This document shows, piece after piece, positions 27,103 to 35,990 of a DNA stretch of 50,297 nt. The stretch is taken from assembly GCA_035644155.1 (NCBI GenBank), contig DASQPC010000081.1, forward strand, positions 1 to 50,297, given 5' to 3'. The stretch comes from Candidatus Methylomirabilota bacterium. Its GTDB lineage: Bacteria; Patescibacteriota; Microgenomatia; Levybacterales; UBA12049. Both the position numbers and the translations under genes were made by a program. The notes under the pieces are model-generated. The model did no database searches. It saw only the letters and a list, made by a program, of their open reading frames with translations, and had not been told where the DNA came from. Each line of letters opens with the position of its first letter. Within the stretch, counting starts at the first letter, position 1.

Positions 27103-27149
27103 AAAATAGCTCTTCCATTCTCTTTGAAAAACATATTATACTAGAATAG

Positions 27150-28025
27150 ATGAGTAGAAATCTTTTTTTATTTTCTTTTATTCTATTTTTGGTTTCTTTT
27201 GTTTTTGTCACCCAATCTCGTGCTGCTACAATAACGGTGAGCAGTGATAGTGATACCTTATCATCGGATGCAATATATACTGTTCATGTAGCTCTCAATA
27301 TCAATACTGGCAATGATACAGTCTATTATCTTCGTGGTGTCTTTTTTAAACCTAATACCAGTAGTTACTGCGGATACACATGGAATGGAGATACGTGGTT
27401 TGCTGGCCCTTATTCAACAGATAGTGGTTGGAAAAAATTTTTACCAATTACCATAACGGATAACGGCTGGGAAGGAGAGCTGAAAACAAAAATAGATGCA
27501 AGCAGTACTGGATGTAAAGATTCAGGAGCATACAACTTTAAAATTCAAAGATTTACTTCATCCGGTTCAGGCAGTTTTGATGAGCAAAACGTACAAACAG
27601 TTTCTGTTGTTATTCCAACAGCTCTGCCATCCCCAACAAATTCTCCAACTCCAACAAGAATACCAACCCCCACCAAAATTCCTACCCCAACCAAAGAACC
27701 AACCCCAACAAAAATGCAAACTCCGACAAAAACAAATTCAACACCAAGCATAAGTCCTTCTACAATTGTTACAAAAACTGTATCAAATCTCCTTACATCA
27801 GCAACCACAACGCAAGGTGCAAGCTTGAGTGGTATGCCAACCGCAATACTGGGTGCAAATGCAATTTTGTCTAAGCACAATACACAGTCACTAAAAAATA
27901 AAAAAGTCTTAGGTACTTCTGTAAAGCAAGGCAATATTTTAAGTAGCATTTTTCTTTTCATAGGTGCATTATTATTTATAGCCTGTGGTATACTGGTCTA
28001 TCTTAGGAAGAAAAAGAGAGAGTGA
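27150..28025 (+). CDS. Surface protein: signal peptide, globular domain, Pro/Thr repeat linker, C-terminal TM anchor with a basic tail
   Basis: 291 aa. The N-terminal signal is LFLVSFVFVTQSRA|AT. The linker is PSPTNSPTPTRIPTPTKIPTPTKEPTPTKMQTPTKT. The C-terminus is IFLFIGALLFIACGILVYLRKKKRE. Confidence 0.6.
   Translation: MSRNLFLFSFILFLVSFVFVTQSRAATITVSSDSDTLSSDAIYTVHVALNINTGNDTVYYLRGVFFKPNTSSYCGYTWNGDTWFAGPYSTDSGWKKFLPITITDNGWEGELKTKIDASSTGCKDSGAYNFKIQRFTSSGSGSFDEQNVQTVSVVIPTALPSPTNSPTPTRIPTPTKIPTPTKEPTPTKMQTPTKTNSTPSISPSTIVTKTVSNLLTSATTTQGASLSGMPTAILGANAILSKHNTQSLKNKKVLGTSVKQGNILSSIFLFIGALLFIACGILVYLRKKKRE
27627..27737 (+). repeat. Imperfect in-frame 18-nt tandem repeats encoding (PTPTKx)n
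   Basis: ccaac(a/c)ccaac(a/c)aa-type units are visibly reiterated about 5 times and translate to the PT-rich linker. Confidence 0.7.
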
Positions 28026-28040
28026 CAACGAAAGAACATA

Positions 28041-28478
28041 ATGGAAGAAACAGTTAGCGACAGTTATTTATCTACGCAGAAATTTGGTGAAGAATTTGCA
28101 AAGACGCTCAAAGGTGGAGAAATTTTGGCACTTCATGGGGATTTGGGTTCTGGCAAGACAACATTTATTCAGGGGTTGGCAAAAGGTCTTGGAATTACCA
28201 AAAAGATTATTTCTCCAACATTTATCATCATGAGAACGTATGCAGTACAAGTCAAAAATCAAAAATCAAAGATCAAAAATTTTTATCATGTTGATTTGTA
28301 TAGAATTGAAAATGAAAAGGATATTGAAGGAATTGGTTTGCTAGAGCTTATGAATGATCCAGAAAATATTATTGCTATTGAATGGCCGGAAAAAATTGAA
28401 AATCTTTTGCCAGAAAAACGAAATGATTTATTTTTTACCTATCTTGATGATCAGAAAAGGGAGATTATAATAGAATAG
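28041..28478 (+). CDS. tsaE: tRNA t6A37 biosynthesis ATPase TsaE
   Basis: 145 aa with the Walker-A-like GDLGSGKTTF and HVDLYR motifs of the YjeE/TsaE family. Confidence 0.85.
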   Translation: MEETVSDSYLSTQKFGEEFAKTLKGGEILALHGDLGSGKTTFIQGLAKGLGITKKIISPTFIIMRTYAVQVKNQKSKIKNFYHVDLYRIENEKDIEGIGLLELMNDPENIIAIEWPEKIENLLPEKRNDLFFTYLDDQKREIIIE

Positions 28479-28483
28479 GTCTT

Positions 28484-29065
28484 ATGGATGAACAAATTGC
28501 GCAAGCAGTACGAGTTTTCAAGCAAGGTGGTATTGTCATTTTCCCAACAGATACAGCTTTTGGAATTGGTTGTCGAATGGATGATGAACAAGCAGTCAGA
28601 AGATTGTTTCGTATTCGCAAAAGACCAGAAACGCAAGCAGTACCTGTTCTTATTGATAGTCTTGAAATGATAAAAGAGTACATAGAGCCTATTTCCAATG
28701 AAGTCAAACAAAAACTCATTGCTCATTATTGGCCGGGTGCTTTAACAATAATTCTTCCCTGTCATCCAGAAAAAGTGCCTGTGTTGGTTCGAGGTGGCAC
28801 AAAGACTTTGGGAATTAGAATGCCAAATCATCCGGTAGCTTTAGAACTTATTAACGCAGTTGGCGTCCCGCTTCTTGGTCCTTCTGCAAACTTTCACGGT
28901 GATCCAACACCTTATTCATTTTTTGAAGTCAATGAAGAGCTACAAGAGCAAGTTGATTATGTTTTGCCAGGAGAATGTTTCTCTAAACAACCATCAACAG
29001 TGATTGATTGCTCGATCATCCCTTGGGAAATTCTGCGCAAAGGAGCAGTTAAGGTAGATTTTTAG
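28484..29065 (+). CDS. tsaC: L-threonylcarbamoyladenylate synthase (YrdC-type TsaC)
   Basis: 193 aa with the YrdC-domain motifs FPTDTAFGIG, GPSANFHG and PSTVID. It has no Sua5 C-terminal domain. Confidence 0.85.
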   Translation: MDEQIAQAVRVFKQGGIVIFPTDTAFGIGCRMDDEQAVRRLFRIRKRPETQAVPVLIDSLEMIKEYIEPISNEVKQKLIAHYWPGALTIILPCHPEKVPVLVRGGTKTLGIRMPNHPVALELINAVGVPLLGPSANFHGDPTPYSFFEVNEELQEQVDYVLPGECFSKQPSTVIDCSIIPWEILRKGAVKVDF

Positions 29066-29088
29066 AAAGTGAGCGTGAGAAAGTCATT

Positions 29089-29406
29089 ATGAAAGTAGTT
29101 TTATTTATTGATACCTCTAATAACAAAACAATTAAAGTTGGTCTTACTATTGATGGAGAGGATCATCTGGTAGAGCGGGAAATAGATTATCGCAAAGTAC
29201 AGGTCGTCTTACCAATTCTTGGGGCATTGTTAACTGAGAGAAAATTATCACTTCGTGATATTACTGAGATCATTGTTAATGAAGGCCCCGGCTCATTTAC
29301 TGGTGTGCGAGTCGGTGTTGCGATTGCAAATGCATTAGGATTTCTTCTGAATGTCCCAGTAAATAAAAAAAAGATTGGCGAATTTGTGGAACCACGATAT
29401 TCATAA
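29089..29406 (+). CDS. tsaB: Half-size TsaB (N-terminal ASKHA-like domain only)
   Basis: 105 aa containing the TsaB/YeaZ signature GPGSFTGVRVGVAIANAL. The ORF stops about where the second domain would begin. Confidence 0.6.
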   Translation: MKVVLFIDTSNNKTIKVGLTIDGEDHLVEREIDYRKVQVVLPILGALLTERKLSLRDITEIIVNEGPGSFTGVRVGVAIANALGFLLNVPVNKKKIGEFVEPRYS

Positions 29407-29452
29407 ATTAACAATTGAATAACGTAACAATTTACTTATATACTTAAAGTAT

Positions 29453-30349
29453 ATGAAAAACTTCTTGCATCATCTCTTATTTCCGCGAGAGTCCAACAAT
29501 CATCGCGCCAAATTGTTGCATCATGATAGTTTGTTTTTCCTTATTAGTCTTTTTCTTTTTTCCATTTCTGTCATTACAGCAGTCCATAATCGATATCCAG
29601 CCGTTTTGGGTATCTCCACCAATATAGCAACACAGGATCTTCTTACGATAACCAATGAAAAACGAAAAGAAAATCATGTCGGTTCTCTTGCTATGGATGA
29701 CAAACTTACAGCCGCTGCAACAGCAAAAGCCAACTTTATGTTTGAAAAAAATTTCTGGGCACATATCGCGCCTGATGGCACAACGCCATGGTATTTTATT
29801 AAAAATGCAGGTTATGAATATCTCTATGCTGGAGAGAATTTAGCACGAGGCTTTACATCTGCTCCTGATGTTGTTAATGCTTGGATGGCAAGTCCTTCTC
29901 ATAGGGAGAATATGTTATCGTCCAATTATAAAGATGTTGGTTTTGCTGTTAAGTCAGGTTCTCTTACAGGATCGGAAACCATCCTTGTCGTTGAAATGTT
30001 TGGTAGTAAATATGTTACTGCTACTGTCCCACAGGCATCAGCGATTGCTCTTATGGCTCCATCTATTACACCAAGTTCACCAGAAGTGCTTTCACAACCT
30101 TCGCCTCTACCGTCAGAGACAACTGCCGTTGCTGCTGTTTCGAATCAACCATTGATTGATAGTCAATCAATAACCAAACAGATCGCTTTAGGGTTTCTCT
30201 TTTTCTTTATTGGTGTATTGATTGTTGATGCTATCATTGTAGAGAGGAAGAAAATTGTCAGAGTCGTCGCGCACAATCTTGACCATATTATTTTTTTGAC
30301 ACTTATGGCACTGATTGCATTTTTGATTGGCAGAGGATTTACGTTGTAA
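29453..30349 (+). CDS. Membrane-anchored CAP/SCP-domain (YkwD-like) protein
   Basis: 298 aa with an N-terminal TM helix and CAP motifs (FWAHIAPDG, GENLARGF, WMASPSHRENM). A Ser/Pro-rich linker and a C-terminal pair of TM helices follow. Confidence 0.75.
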   Translation: MKNFLHHLLFPRESNNHRAKLLHHDSLFFLISLFLFSISVITAVHNRYPAVLGISTNIATQDLLTITNEKRKENHVGSLAMDDKLTAAATAKANFMFEKNFWAHIAPDGTTPWYFIKNAGYEYLYAGENLARGFTSAPDVVNAWMASPSHRENMLSSNYKDVGFAVKSGSLTGSETILVVEMFGSKYVTATVPQASAIALMAPSITPSSPEVLSQPSPLPSETTAVAAVSNQPLIDSQSITKQIALGFLFFFIGVLIVDAIIVERKKIVRVVAHNLDHIIFLTLMALIAFLIGRGFTL

Positions 30350-30353
30350 TTTT

Positions 30354-30599
30354 ATGAAAAAACATTTGTGGTATTATACGAGTTTTATTTTGGGAGAGCT
30401 TATTGGCTTGGTGTTACTTTTTTTCTTTGCCTATGATAAGACACTCCAGCTTCTAGTACTTTTTTTCATGACAGGATTTTATGTCTTTTGGGCACTGCTT
30501 CATCACTATTTTCATCATGATATAACAGCAAAAATTGTGATAGAATATGTATTAATTGGAATACTTGGCATGGTCGTTGTATTCTTTTTTTTGCAATAG
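30354..30599 (+). CDS. Small hydrophobic protein (3 predicted TM helices), His-rich loop
   Basis: I chose the start at the ATG at 30354 (MKKHLWYY). The protein is 81 aa, with an LLHHYFHHD segment between helices. Confidence 0.4.
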   Translation: MKKHLWYYTSFILGELIGLVLLFFFAYDKTLQLLVLFFMTGFYVFWALLHHYFHHDITAKIVIEYVLIGILGMVVVFFFLQ

Positions 30600-30600
30600 T

Positions 30601-31341
30601 ATGAAAGGTATTATTTTAGCCGGCGGACTCGCCACAAGACTTCGTCCACTAACGCTTGTTACCAACAAACATCTTCTTCCTATTTATAATAAACCGATGA
30701 TTTACTATCCACTTGAAGCGATGAAAAAAGCGGGTATTAAAGAAGTGCTGATCACCAGTTCTCCAACGCACGCAGGTGATTTTGCCAATTTACTGCAAGC
30801 AGGGGAAACGTTTGGATTAAAGCTCTATTATGCCGTACAAAATAATCCAAAAGGAGGTATCTCTGAAGCAATTCTCCTCGCAGATGAATTTGTTAAAAAC
30901 GAAAAACTCATGGTTTTTTTAGGTGATAATATTTTTGGTTACAATCTTTCATCAGCAGTTGAAAACTTTGAAAAAAAAGATAAAGGCGCAATGGTATTTG
31001 GTATTGAGATGCCAACAGATTCCGGTCAATATGGCGTGATTGAAAAAGATGAGTCAGGGAAAGTGCTTTCCATTGAGGAAAAACCTGAACATCCCAAATC
31101 AAATATTGCGCAAACGGGAATATATATGTATGATAATCGAGTCTTTGATTTTATTCGCCAATTATCACCATCTGAAAGGGGAGAGTTAGAGGTGACAGAT
31201 TTGAATAATTTGTATGTCAAAGAGGGAACGATGATGTGTGAGATGATTGATTGGTGGATTGATGCGGGAACGTCCTATGACGAATTACTGCGCGCCAATA
31301 ATTTAGTGGCGGAAAGAGTCAAGAAAGGAGATTTACAATAA
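30601..31341 (+). CDS. rfbA: Glucose-1-phosphate thymidylyltransferase-like sugar nucleotidyltransferase (short form)
   Basis: I chose the start at the ATG at 30601 (MKGIILAGGLATRLRPLT..NKHLLPIYNKPMIYYPL). The protein is 246 aa and has the RmlA-type N-terminal signature. Confidence 0.8.
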   Translation: MKGIILAGGLATRLRPLTLVTNKHLLPIYNKPMIYYPLEAMKKAGIKEVLITSSPTHAGDFANLLQAGETFGLKLYYAVQNNPKGGISEAILLADEFVKNEKLMVFLGDNIFGYNLSSAVENFEKKDKGAMVFGIEMPTDSGQYGVIEKDESGKVLSIEEKPEHPKSNIAQTGIYMYDNRVFDFIRQLSPSERGELEVTDLNNLYVKEGTMMCEMIDWWIDAGTSYDELLRANNLVAERVKKGDLQ

Positions 31342-31343
31342 CA

Positions 31344-32402
31344 ATGAAATTACTTGTTTGCGGTGGAGCAGGATTTATCGGTTCTAATTTTATTCTTCAC
31401 ATGTTGGAGACATATCCTGATCTGACTCTTGTTAACTTCGATAAATTAACCTATGCCGGTAACCGTAACAATCTTTCAACGATTGAAAAGGATCCTCGGT
31501 ATAGTTTTGAACAAGGTGATATTACTGATTTAGATTGTTTGAATGAAGTGATGAAAAAGCATGGCATCACGCATGTCATTAATTTTGCAGCAGAGACACA
31601 CGTTGATCGATCTATTCACGGTGGAACAAAAGAGTTTGTTTTAACCAATACATTGGGTGTGCAGATGGTGTTGGATGCAGTCAGATTTAACAATATTGAA
31701 AAATTTGTCAATGTTTCCACTGACGAAGTATATGGATCACTCCAACTTGGTGAAGACAGATTATTTACCGAAAACACGCCAATTTGGCCCAATATGCCAT
31801 ATGCAGCAGCCAAAGCAGGAGGAGATCTCATGTGTAATGCCTATTGGGTAACACACAAAGTGCCGGTTATCGTGACACACTGCTCAAACAATTACGGGCC
31901 ATTCCAATTCCCAGAAAAATTAATTCCATTTTTTGTTTTTAAACTTCTCAAAGGAGAAAAAGTTCCCGTCTATGGAGATGGGCTCAATGTGCGGGATTGG
32001 ATTCATGCGCGTGATCACTCAACAGCACTCGATCTGCTTTTGCACAAAGGCAATGTCGGTGAGGTTTACAATATTGGCGCAGATAATGAACGAAGCAATT
32101 TAGAAGTAACAAAAATGATTTTGCAGATCATGGGTTTTGGTGAGGATCATATTGAATATGTGACTGATAGACCAGGTCATGATAGACGCTATGCAATTGA
32201 CGCAAGCAAAATTATGGCGCTTGGTTGGTCTCCCTCCTATCCAAAAGACAAATTTGAACAAGGTCTTCGTGAAACAGTTGAATGGTACAAAAATAACACT
32301 GCTTGGGTAGAAAATATCTGGAATCGCAAAAAAGATGAGATGAATAAATTCCAAGAAAACCTAGAGCGTTCAACAGAAAAAATGCAGTCCTCAACAGAAT
32401 AA
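31344..32402 (+). CDS. rfbB: dTDP-glucose 4,6-dehydratase
   Basis: 352 aa with GGAGFIGSNF, DKLTYAGN, the catalytic YxxxK (PYAAAKAG) and an RmlB-typical C-terminus. Confidence 0.9.
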   Translation: MKLLVCGGAGFIGSNFILHMLETYPDLTLVNFDKLTYAGNRNNLSTIEKDPRYSFEQGDITDLDCLNEVMKKHGITHVINFAAETHVDRSIHGGTKEFVLTNTLGVQMVLDAVRFNNIEKFVNVSTDEVYGSLQLGEDRLFTENTPIWPNMPYAAAKAGGDLMCNAYWVTHKVPVIVTHCSNNYGPFQFPEKLIPFFVFKLLKGEKVPVYGDGLNVRDWIHARDHSTALDLLLHKGNVGEVYNIGADNERSNLEVTKMILQIMGFGEDHIEYVTDRPGHDRRYAIDASKIMALGWSPSYPKDKFEQGLRETVEWYKNNTAWVENIWNRKKDEMNKFQENLERSTEKMQSSTE

Positions 32403-32405
32403 TGT

Positions 32406-32828
32406 ATGGGTAAATCTTTTCAAGTATATACACTCAAAAAAATAGAAACAAAAAATCTTGTCATGAGTCCCGTTGAACTCAACGAGTATATTGATTTTGA
32501 GGTAAAACGAGTTTATTTTATTACCAAACCTACAGAGTCAACGAGTCAACATTGTCATTTTGAAGAAAAAGAATTTTTTATTCTGATCCAGGGAAGTTGT
32601 ACAGCTGTTGTTGATCAAGGAAACGGCAAAGAGGAAATCTTGATGACAGGGTCAACGAGTGGGATCTATGTGCCAAATTTTGTCTGGCATGGATTTAAAG
32701 ATTTTTCAAATGACGCAATTCTTTTGGCTCTTTCATCAACGAACTATCGTGCAGATCGATCAGATTACCTTGAAGACTATGACGAATACCTCAAAATACG
32801 AGATGAGAAATTAAAAAAAGAAGCATGA
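32406..32828 (+). CDS. WxcM/FdtA-like cupin (dTDP-4-keto-6-deoxyhexose 3,4-ketoisomerase family)
   Basis: 140 aa. KRVYFI, HCHFEEKEFFILIQGS, GIYVPNFVWHGFKDFS, ILLALSS and DYLEDYDEY resemble FdtA/QdtA-type isomerases more than RmlC. Confidence 0.55.
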   Translation: MGKSFQVYTLKKIETKNLVMSPVELNEYIDFEVKRVYFITKPTESTSQHCHFEEKEFFILIQGSCTAVVDQGNGKEEILMTGSTSGIYVPNFVWHGFKDFSNDAILLALSSTNYRADRSDYLEDYDEYLKIRDEKLKKEA

Positions 32829-32855
32829 ATTATGAATCCTTATTCCTGATTCAAG

Positions 32856-33776
32856 ATGAATATTCAATTATCTATTATCATTCTCAATTATAATACCAAA
32901 CAACTTACACTTGAGTCTCTTGAATCGATTGAAAAAAATTACGCCAAAGAAGTAGCAAGTGGATTATATGAAGTAATTGTTGTCGATAATGATTCTCCTG
33001 ATGGATCACCCGAAGCTTTTAAAAAGTACAAAAACGCAACCACAATAAAATCGTTTCATCTTGTTGCTAGTGGCGGCAATATTGGTTTTTCAGCTGGTAA
33101 CAACAAAGGTGTCGCATATGCTAAGGGGAAATATGTTTTATTTCTCAATCCTGATACAATTGTGTATCCTAAAACTTTGAGTTTTCTGATTGATTTTATG
33201 GAGAAGCATCCTGATGTTGGTGCTGCTTCTTGTAAGCTTATCAACAAGGACGGTGCAATTGATTTCAATTGTCATCGGGGTTTTCCAACACCGTGGAATG
33301 CGTTTTGTTATTTTTCTGGTTTGCAACGGATGTTTCCTCAGAGTCAACTTTTTGCGGGATATACTCAGGGTTGGAAAGATCTTGACACCAATCACGAAGT
33401 CGATGCAATTGAGGGGGCATTTATGATGATGCCAAGAACGGTTGGTGAAAAAGTTGGTTGGTGGGATGAAGATTATTTTTTCTATGGTGAAGATTTGCAA
33501 TTTTGTTATGCTATTAAAAAGCTTGGGTTAAAAATTTATTACGTTGGGATAGTAAATATTATGCATATTGGTGGTGCGGCAAGTGGCATCAAGAAAAAAA
33601 CGCAAAATCTGACAACGACTGATATTGCAACAAAACGCAAATTACAAGTTGCGCGTTTTGATTCGATGAAGATTTTTTACAAAAAGAATTATAAAAATGC
33701 CTATCCTGGATGGTTACAATCATTGGTCTTTCAAGCAATTGATATGAAAAAGAAAAAAACATTAGCAGAGTTATAA
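32856..33776 (+). CDS. Family 2 glycosyltransferase
   Basis: 306 aa with the GT-A N-terminus SIIILNYN, VVDNDSPDGS and the acceptor-side motif YGEDLQFC. Confidence 0.8.
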   Translation: MNIQLSIIILNYNTKQLTLESLESIEKNYAKEVASGLYEVIVVDNDSPDGSPEAFKKYKNATTIKSFHLVASGGNIGFSAGNNKGVAYAKGKYVLFLNPDTIVYPKTLSFLIDFMEKHPDVGAASCKLINKDGAIDFNCHRGFPTPWNAFCYFSGLQRMFPQSQLFAGYTQGWKDLDTNHEVDAIEGAFMMMPRTVGEKVGWWDEDYFFYGEDLQFCYAIKKLGLKIYYVGIVNIMHIGGAASGIKKKTQNLTTTDIATKRKLQVARFDSMKIFYKKNYKNAYPGWLQSLVFQAIDMKKKKTLAEL

Positions 33777-33786
33777 TAAGATTTAT

Positions 33787-34662
33787 ATGGCAGAAAAAAT
33801 AAACATTTTTGGTATAGGTATCTCAGGGCTTGTTGGGTCAAAAATAACAGAAGTTCTTAAAGATAAATATATTTTTGACAATTTGAGTCTTGATACTGGA
33901 GTTGATATTACTGATCCAAAAACACTTGATGTGATTCGAAATGATAAAGAACATCCAATTGTTTTGCATCTTGCAGCGCTTGCTGACGTGGATAAATGCG
34001 AAGAATCCCGTCAGTTGGGTAAGGAAAGTCTGGCCTATAAAATTAATGTTTTGGGAACAGAAAATGTCGTTACCGCATGTCGAGATGCTGGTAAAAAAAT
34101 GATTTATATCTCAACAGATTTTGTCTTTGACGGTGTGAATCCTCCAGTTGGTGGTTATACTGAAGAAGATGGACCGCATCCGCTCAATTGGTATGCAGAG
34201 ACAAAACAGCAAGGTGAAGAAATTGTCAAAAATTCCGGATTGGCATATATTATTGCGCGCATTGCGTATCCCTATCGAAGTACTTTTCCTCTTAAAAAAG
34301 ATTTTGTGAACGCAATTATTGAGAGATTGAAAAATAATCAGCAGGTTTTCGCAGTTACAGATCATATAATGACGCCAACATTGGTTGATGATATTGCGCT
34401 TGCGCTTGATAAGCTTATTGAGACAAAGAGTAGTGGTATTTTTCATGTCGTTGGAAGTGAATCGTTACGTCCTTACGATGCTGTATTAAAAATCGCAGAG
34501 GTGATGGGTTTTGATAAATCTTTGATTAGTCAGACAACACGAGATGAATACTTCAAAAATCGCGCAATAAGACCCTTTAATCTTTCATTAAATAATGCTA
34601 AAATAAAAAAACTTGGTGTGAATATGAAGACTTTTGAAGAAGGACTTAAGACATTCTTATGA
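33787..34662 (+). CDS. rfbD: dTDP-4-dehydrorhamnose reductase-family SDR
   Basis: 291 aa with RmlD-like features: GxSGLVG, the catalytic Y in WYAETKQQGE and STDFVFDG. Confidence 0.7.
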   Translation: MAEKINIFGIGISGLVGSKITEVLKDKYIFDNLSLDTGVDITDPKTLDVIRNDKEHPIVLHLAALADVDKCEESRQLGKESLAYKINVLGTENVVTACRDAGKKMIYISTDFVFDGVNPPVGGYTEEDGPHPLNWYAETKQQGEEIVKNSGLAYIIARIAYPYRSTFPLKKDFVNAIIERLKNNQQVFAVTDHIMTPTLVDDIALALDKLIETKSSGIFHVVGSESLRPYDAVLKIAEVMGFDKSLISQTTRDEYFKNRAIRPFNLSLNNAKIKKLGVNMKTFEEGLKTFL

Positions 34663-35978
34663 CAATTACATTCGTTGGACATGGTTATGTAGGACTTGTT
34701 ACCGCAACAGTTTTTGCTGATCTTGGCAATAAAGTCTGGGTTGTTGGCCACACGCCGGAAAAAATAAATAATCTCAAAAAAGGGATTCTCCCGATTTATG
34801 AACCAGGTCTTGAAGAGTTGGTCAAACGAAATGTCAAAGCAAAAAGATTGCTTTTTACTCTTGATTACGACCCGGCAATTGCTGAGTCTGATGTTGTCTT
34901 TATTGCAGTTGGAACACCTCCTAAAAAAACTGGGGAAGCAGATCTGTCTGTTGTTTTTCAAGTAGCTGAAGAAGTAGGAAAATATTTAGATGGCTATACT
35001 GTTGTTATCACCAAAAGTACTGTTCCTGTTGGAACCTCTGAAAAAGTAAAAGCGATTATCGAAAAAATAAAACCCAAAAAAGCAGCATTTGATTATGCAT
35101 CCGTTCCTGAATTTCTCCGTGAAGGACAAGCAATTAGTGATACCAGACATCCGGATAGAATTGTGATCGGTACTGATTCCAAAAAAGCAGAAAAAGTCTT
35201 GGTAGAACTGCATAAACCAATCGTCACCGAAGGAACAACACAAGTAAATGTCGTCCTCACAACTATTCCAACAGCAGAAATGATCAAGTACGCGTCAAAT
35301 GCATTTCTTGCGACAAAAATTTCTTTTGCCAACGCTATCGCACAACTCTCAGAGCACGTCAATGCTGATGCAACCAAAGTGCTTGAAGCGGCAGGACTTG
35401 ATAAACGCATCGGGCATTATTTTCTTAACGCTGGTGCTGGGTATGGCGGGAGTTGTTTCCCAAAAGATGTGAAGGCACTGATCGCGATTGCTGATGGATA
35501 TGGGTATGATTTTAAACTTCTCAAGGAAGTGGAAGCGATTAATAAAGAGGCGATTTTGGGAATTGTTAAAAAAACCAAAAAACTTTTGGGAGCAGATCTC
35601 AAAAAGAAAACAGTTGGAATGCTTGGCTTGTCGTTTAAGCCGGATACTGATGATATGCGTGATGCGCCTTCCATTACCATTGCTCGTGAACTCCTTGCAG
35701 CTGGTGCGACGGTGAAAGCATTTGATCCAATTGCACTTGACAATGCGAAACGTATCTTTGCCAAAGATAAAAATATACAATTTGTCAATGATGTCTATGC
35801 CGTTGCGAAAGACGCTGATGTTTTGCTGGTCGTCACAGAATGGCGTGAGTTTATTCAACTTGATTTACGAAAAGTGAAAACGCTTATGCGCAAACCAAAT
35901 CTCGTCGATGGAAGAAATATTTATGAACCAGAAAAAGTTAGGGAACTCGGTTTTACCTACTTGGGTGTTGGAAGATAA
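34659..35978 (+). CDS. ugd: UDP-glucose 6-dehydrogenase
   Basis: 439 aa with the N-terminal Rossmann segment FVGHGYVGLVTA and the catalytic Cys in GYGGSCFPKD. Confidence 0.9.
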   Translation: MTITFVGHGYVGLVTATVFADLGNKVWVVGHTPEKINNLKKGILPIYEPGLEELVKRNVKAKRLLFTLDYDPAIAESDVVFIAVGTPPKKTGEADLSVVFQVAEEVGKYLDGYTVVITKSTVPVGTSEKVKAIIEKIKPKKAAFDYASVPEFLREGQAISDTRHPDRIVIGTDSKKAEKVLVELHKPIVTEGTTQVNVVLTTIPTAEMIKYASNAFLATKISFANAIAQLSEHVNADATKVLEAAGLDKRIGHYFLNAGAGYGGSCFPKDVKALIAIADGYGYDFKLLKEVEAINKEAILGIVKKTKKLLGADLKKKTVGMLGLSFKPDTDDMRDAPSITIARELLAAGATVKAFDPIALDNAKRIFAKDKNIQFVNDVYAVAKDADVLLVVTEWREFIQLDLRKVKTLMRKPNLVDGRNIYEPEKVRELGFTYLGVGR

Positions 35979-35990
35979 CTGTCTGTCATC

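Noticed and set aside
27627-27737. Short tandem DNA repeats that might be a mini CRISPR-like or VNTR locus.
   Set aside because: The repeats are in-frame, contiguous without spacers, and encode the PT-rich linker of the surface protein.
28759-28767. Additional short matches to the repeat arm: ctgtcatcc in tsaC, agatgacag at about 4192 in purK, ctgtccatcgagtaatgag at about 10326 in purQ, and gaaatgac at about 49510.
   Set aside because: Only 8-10 nt match, there is no second arm or core, and the matches fall in conserved protein motifs. They are compatible with chance.
32643-32667. atgacagggtcaacgagtgggatct in the FdtA-like gene resembles pieces of the purH repeat copy.
   Set aside because: The pieces are in inconsistent relative orientation, and the segment encodes the conserved cupin strand GSTSGIYVP. 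It is likely coincidental.
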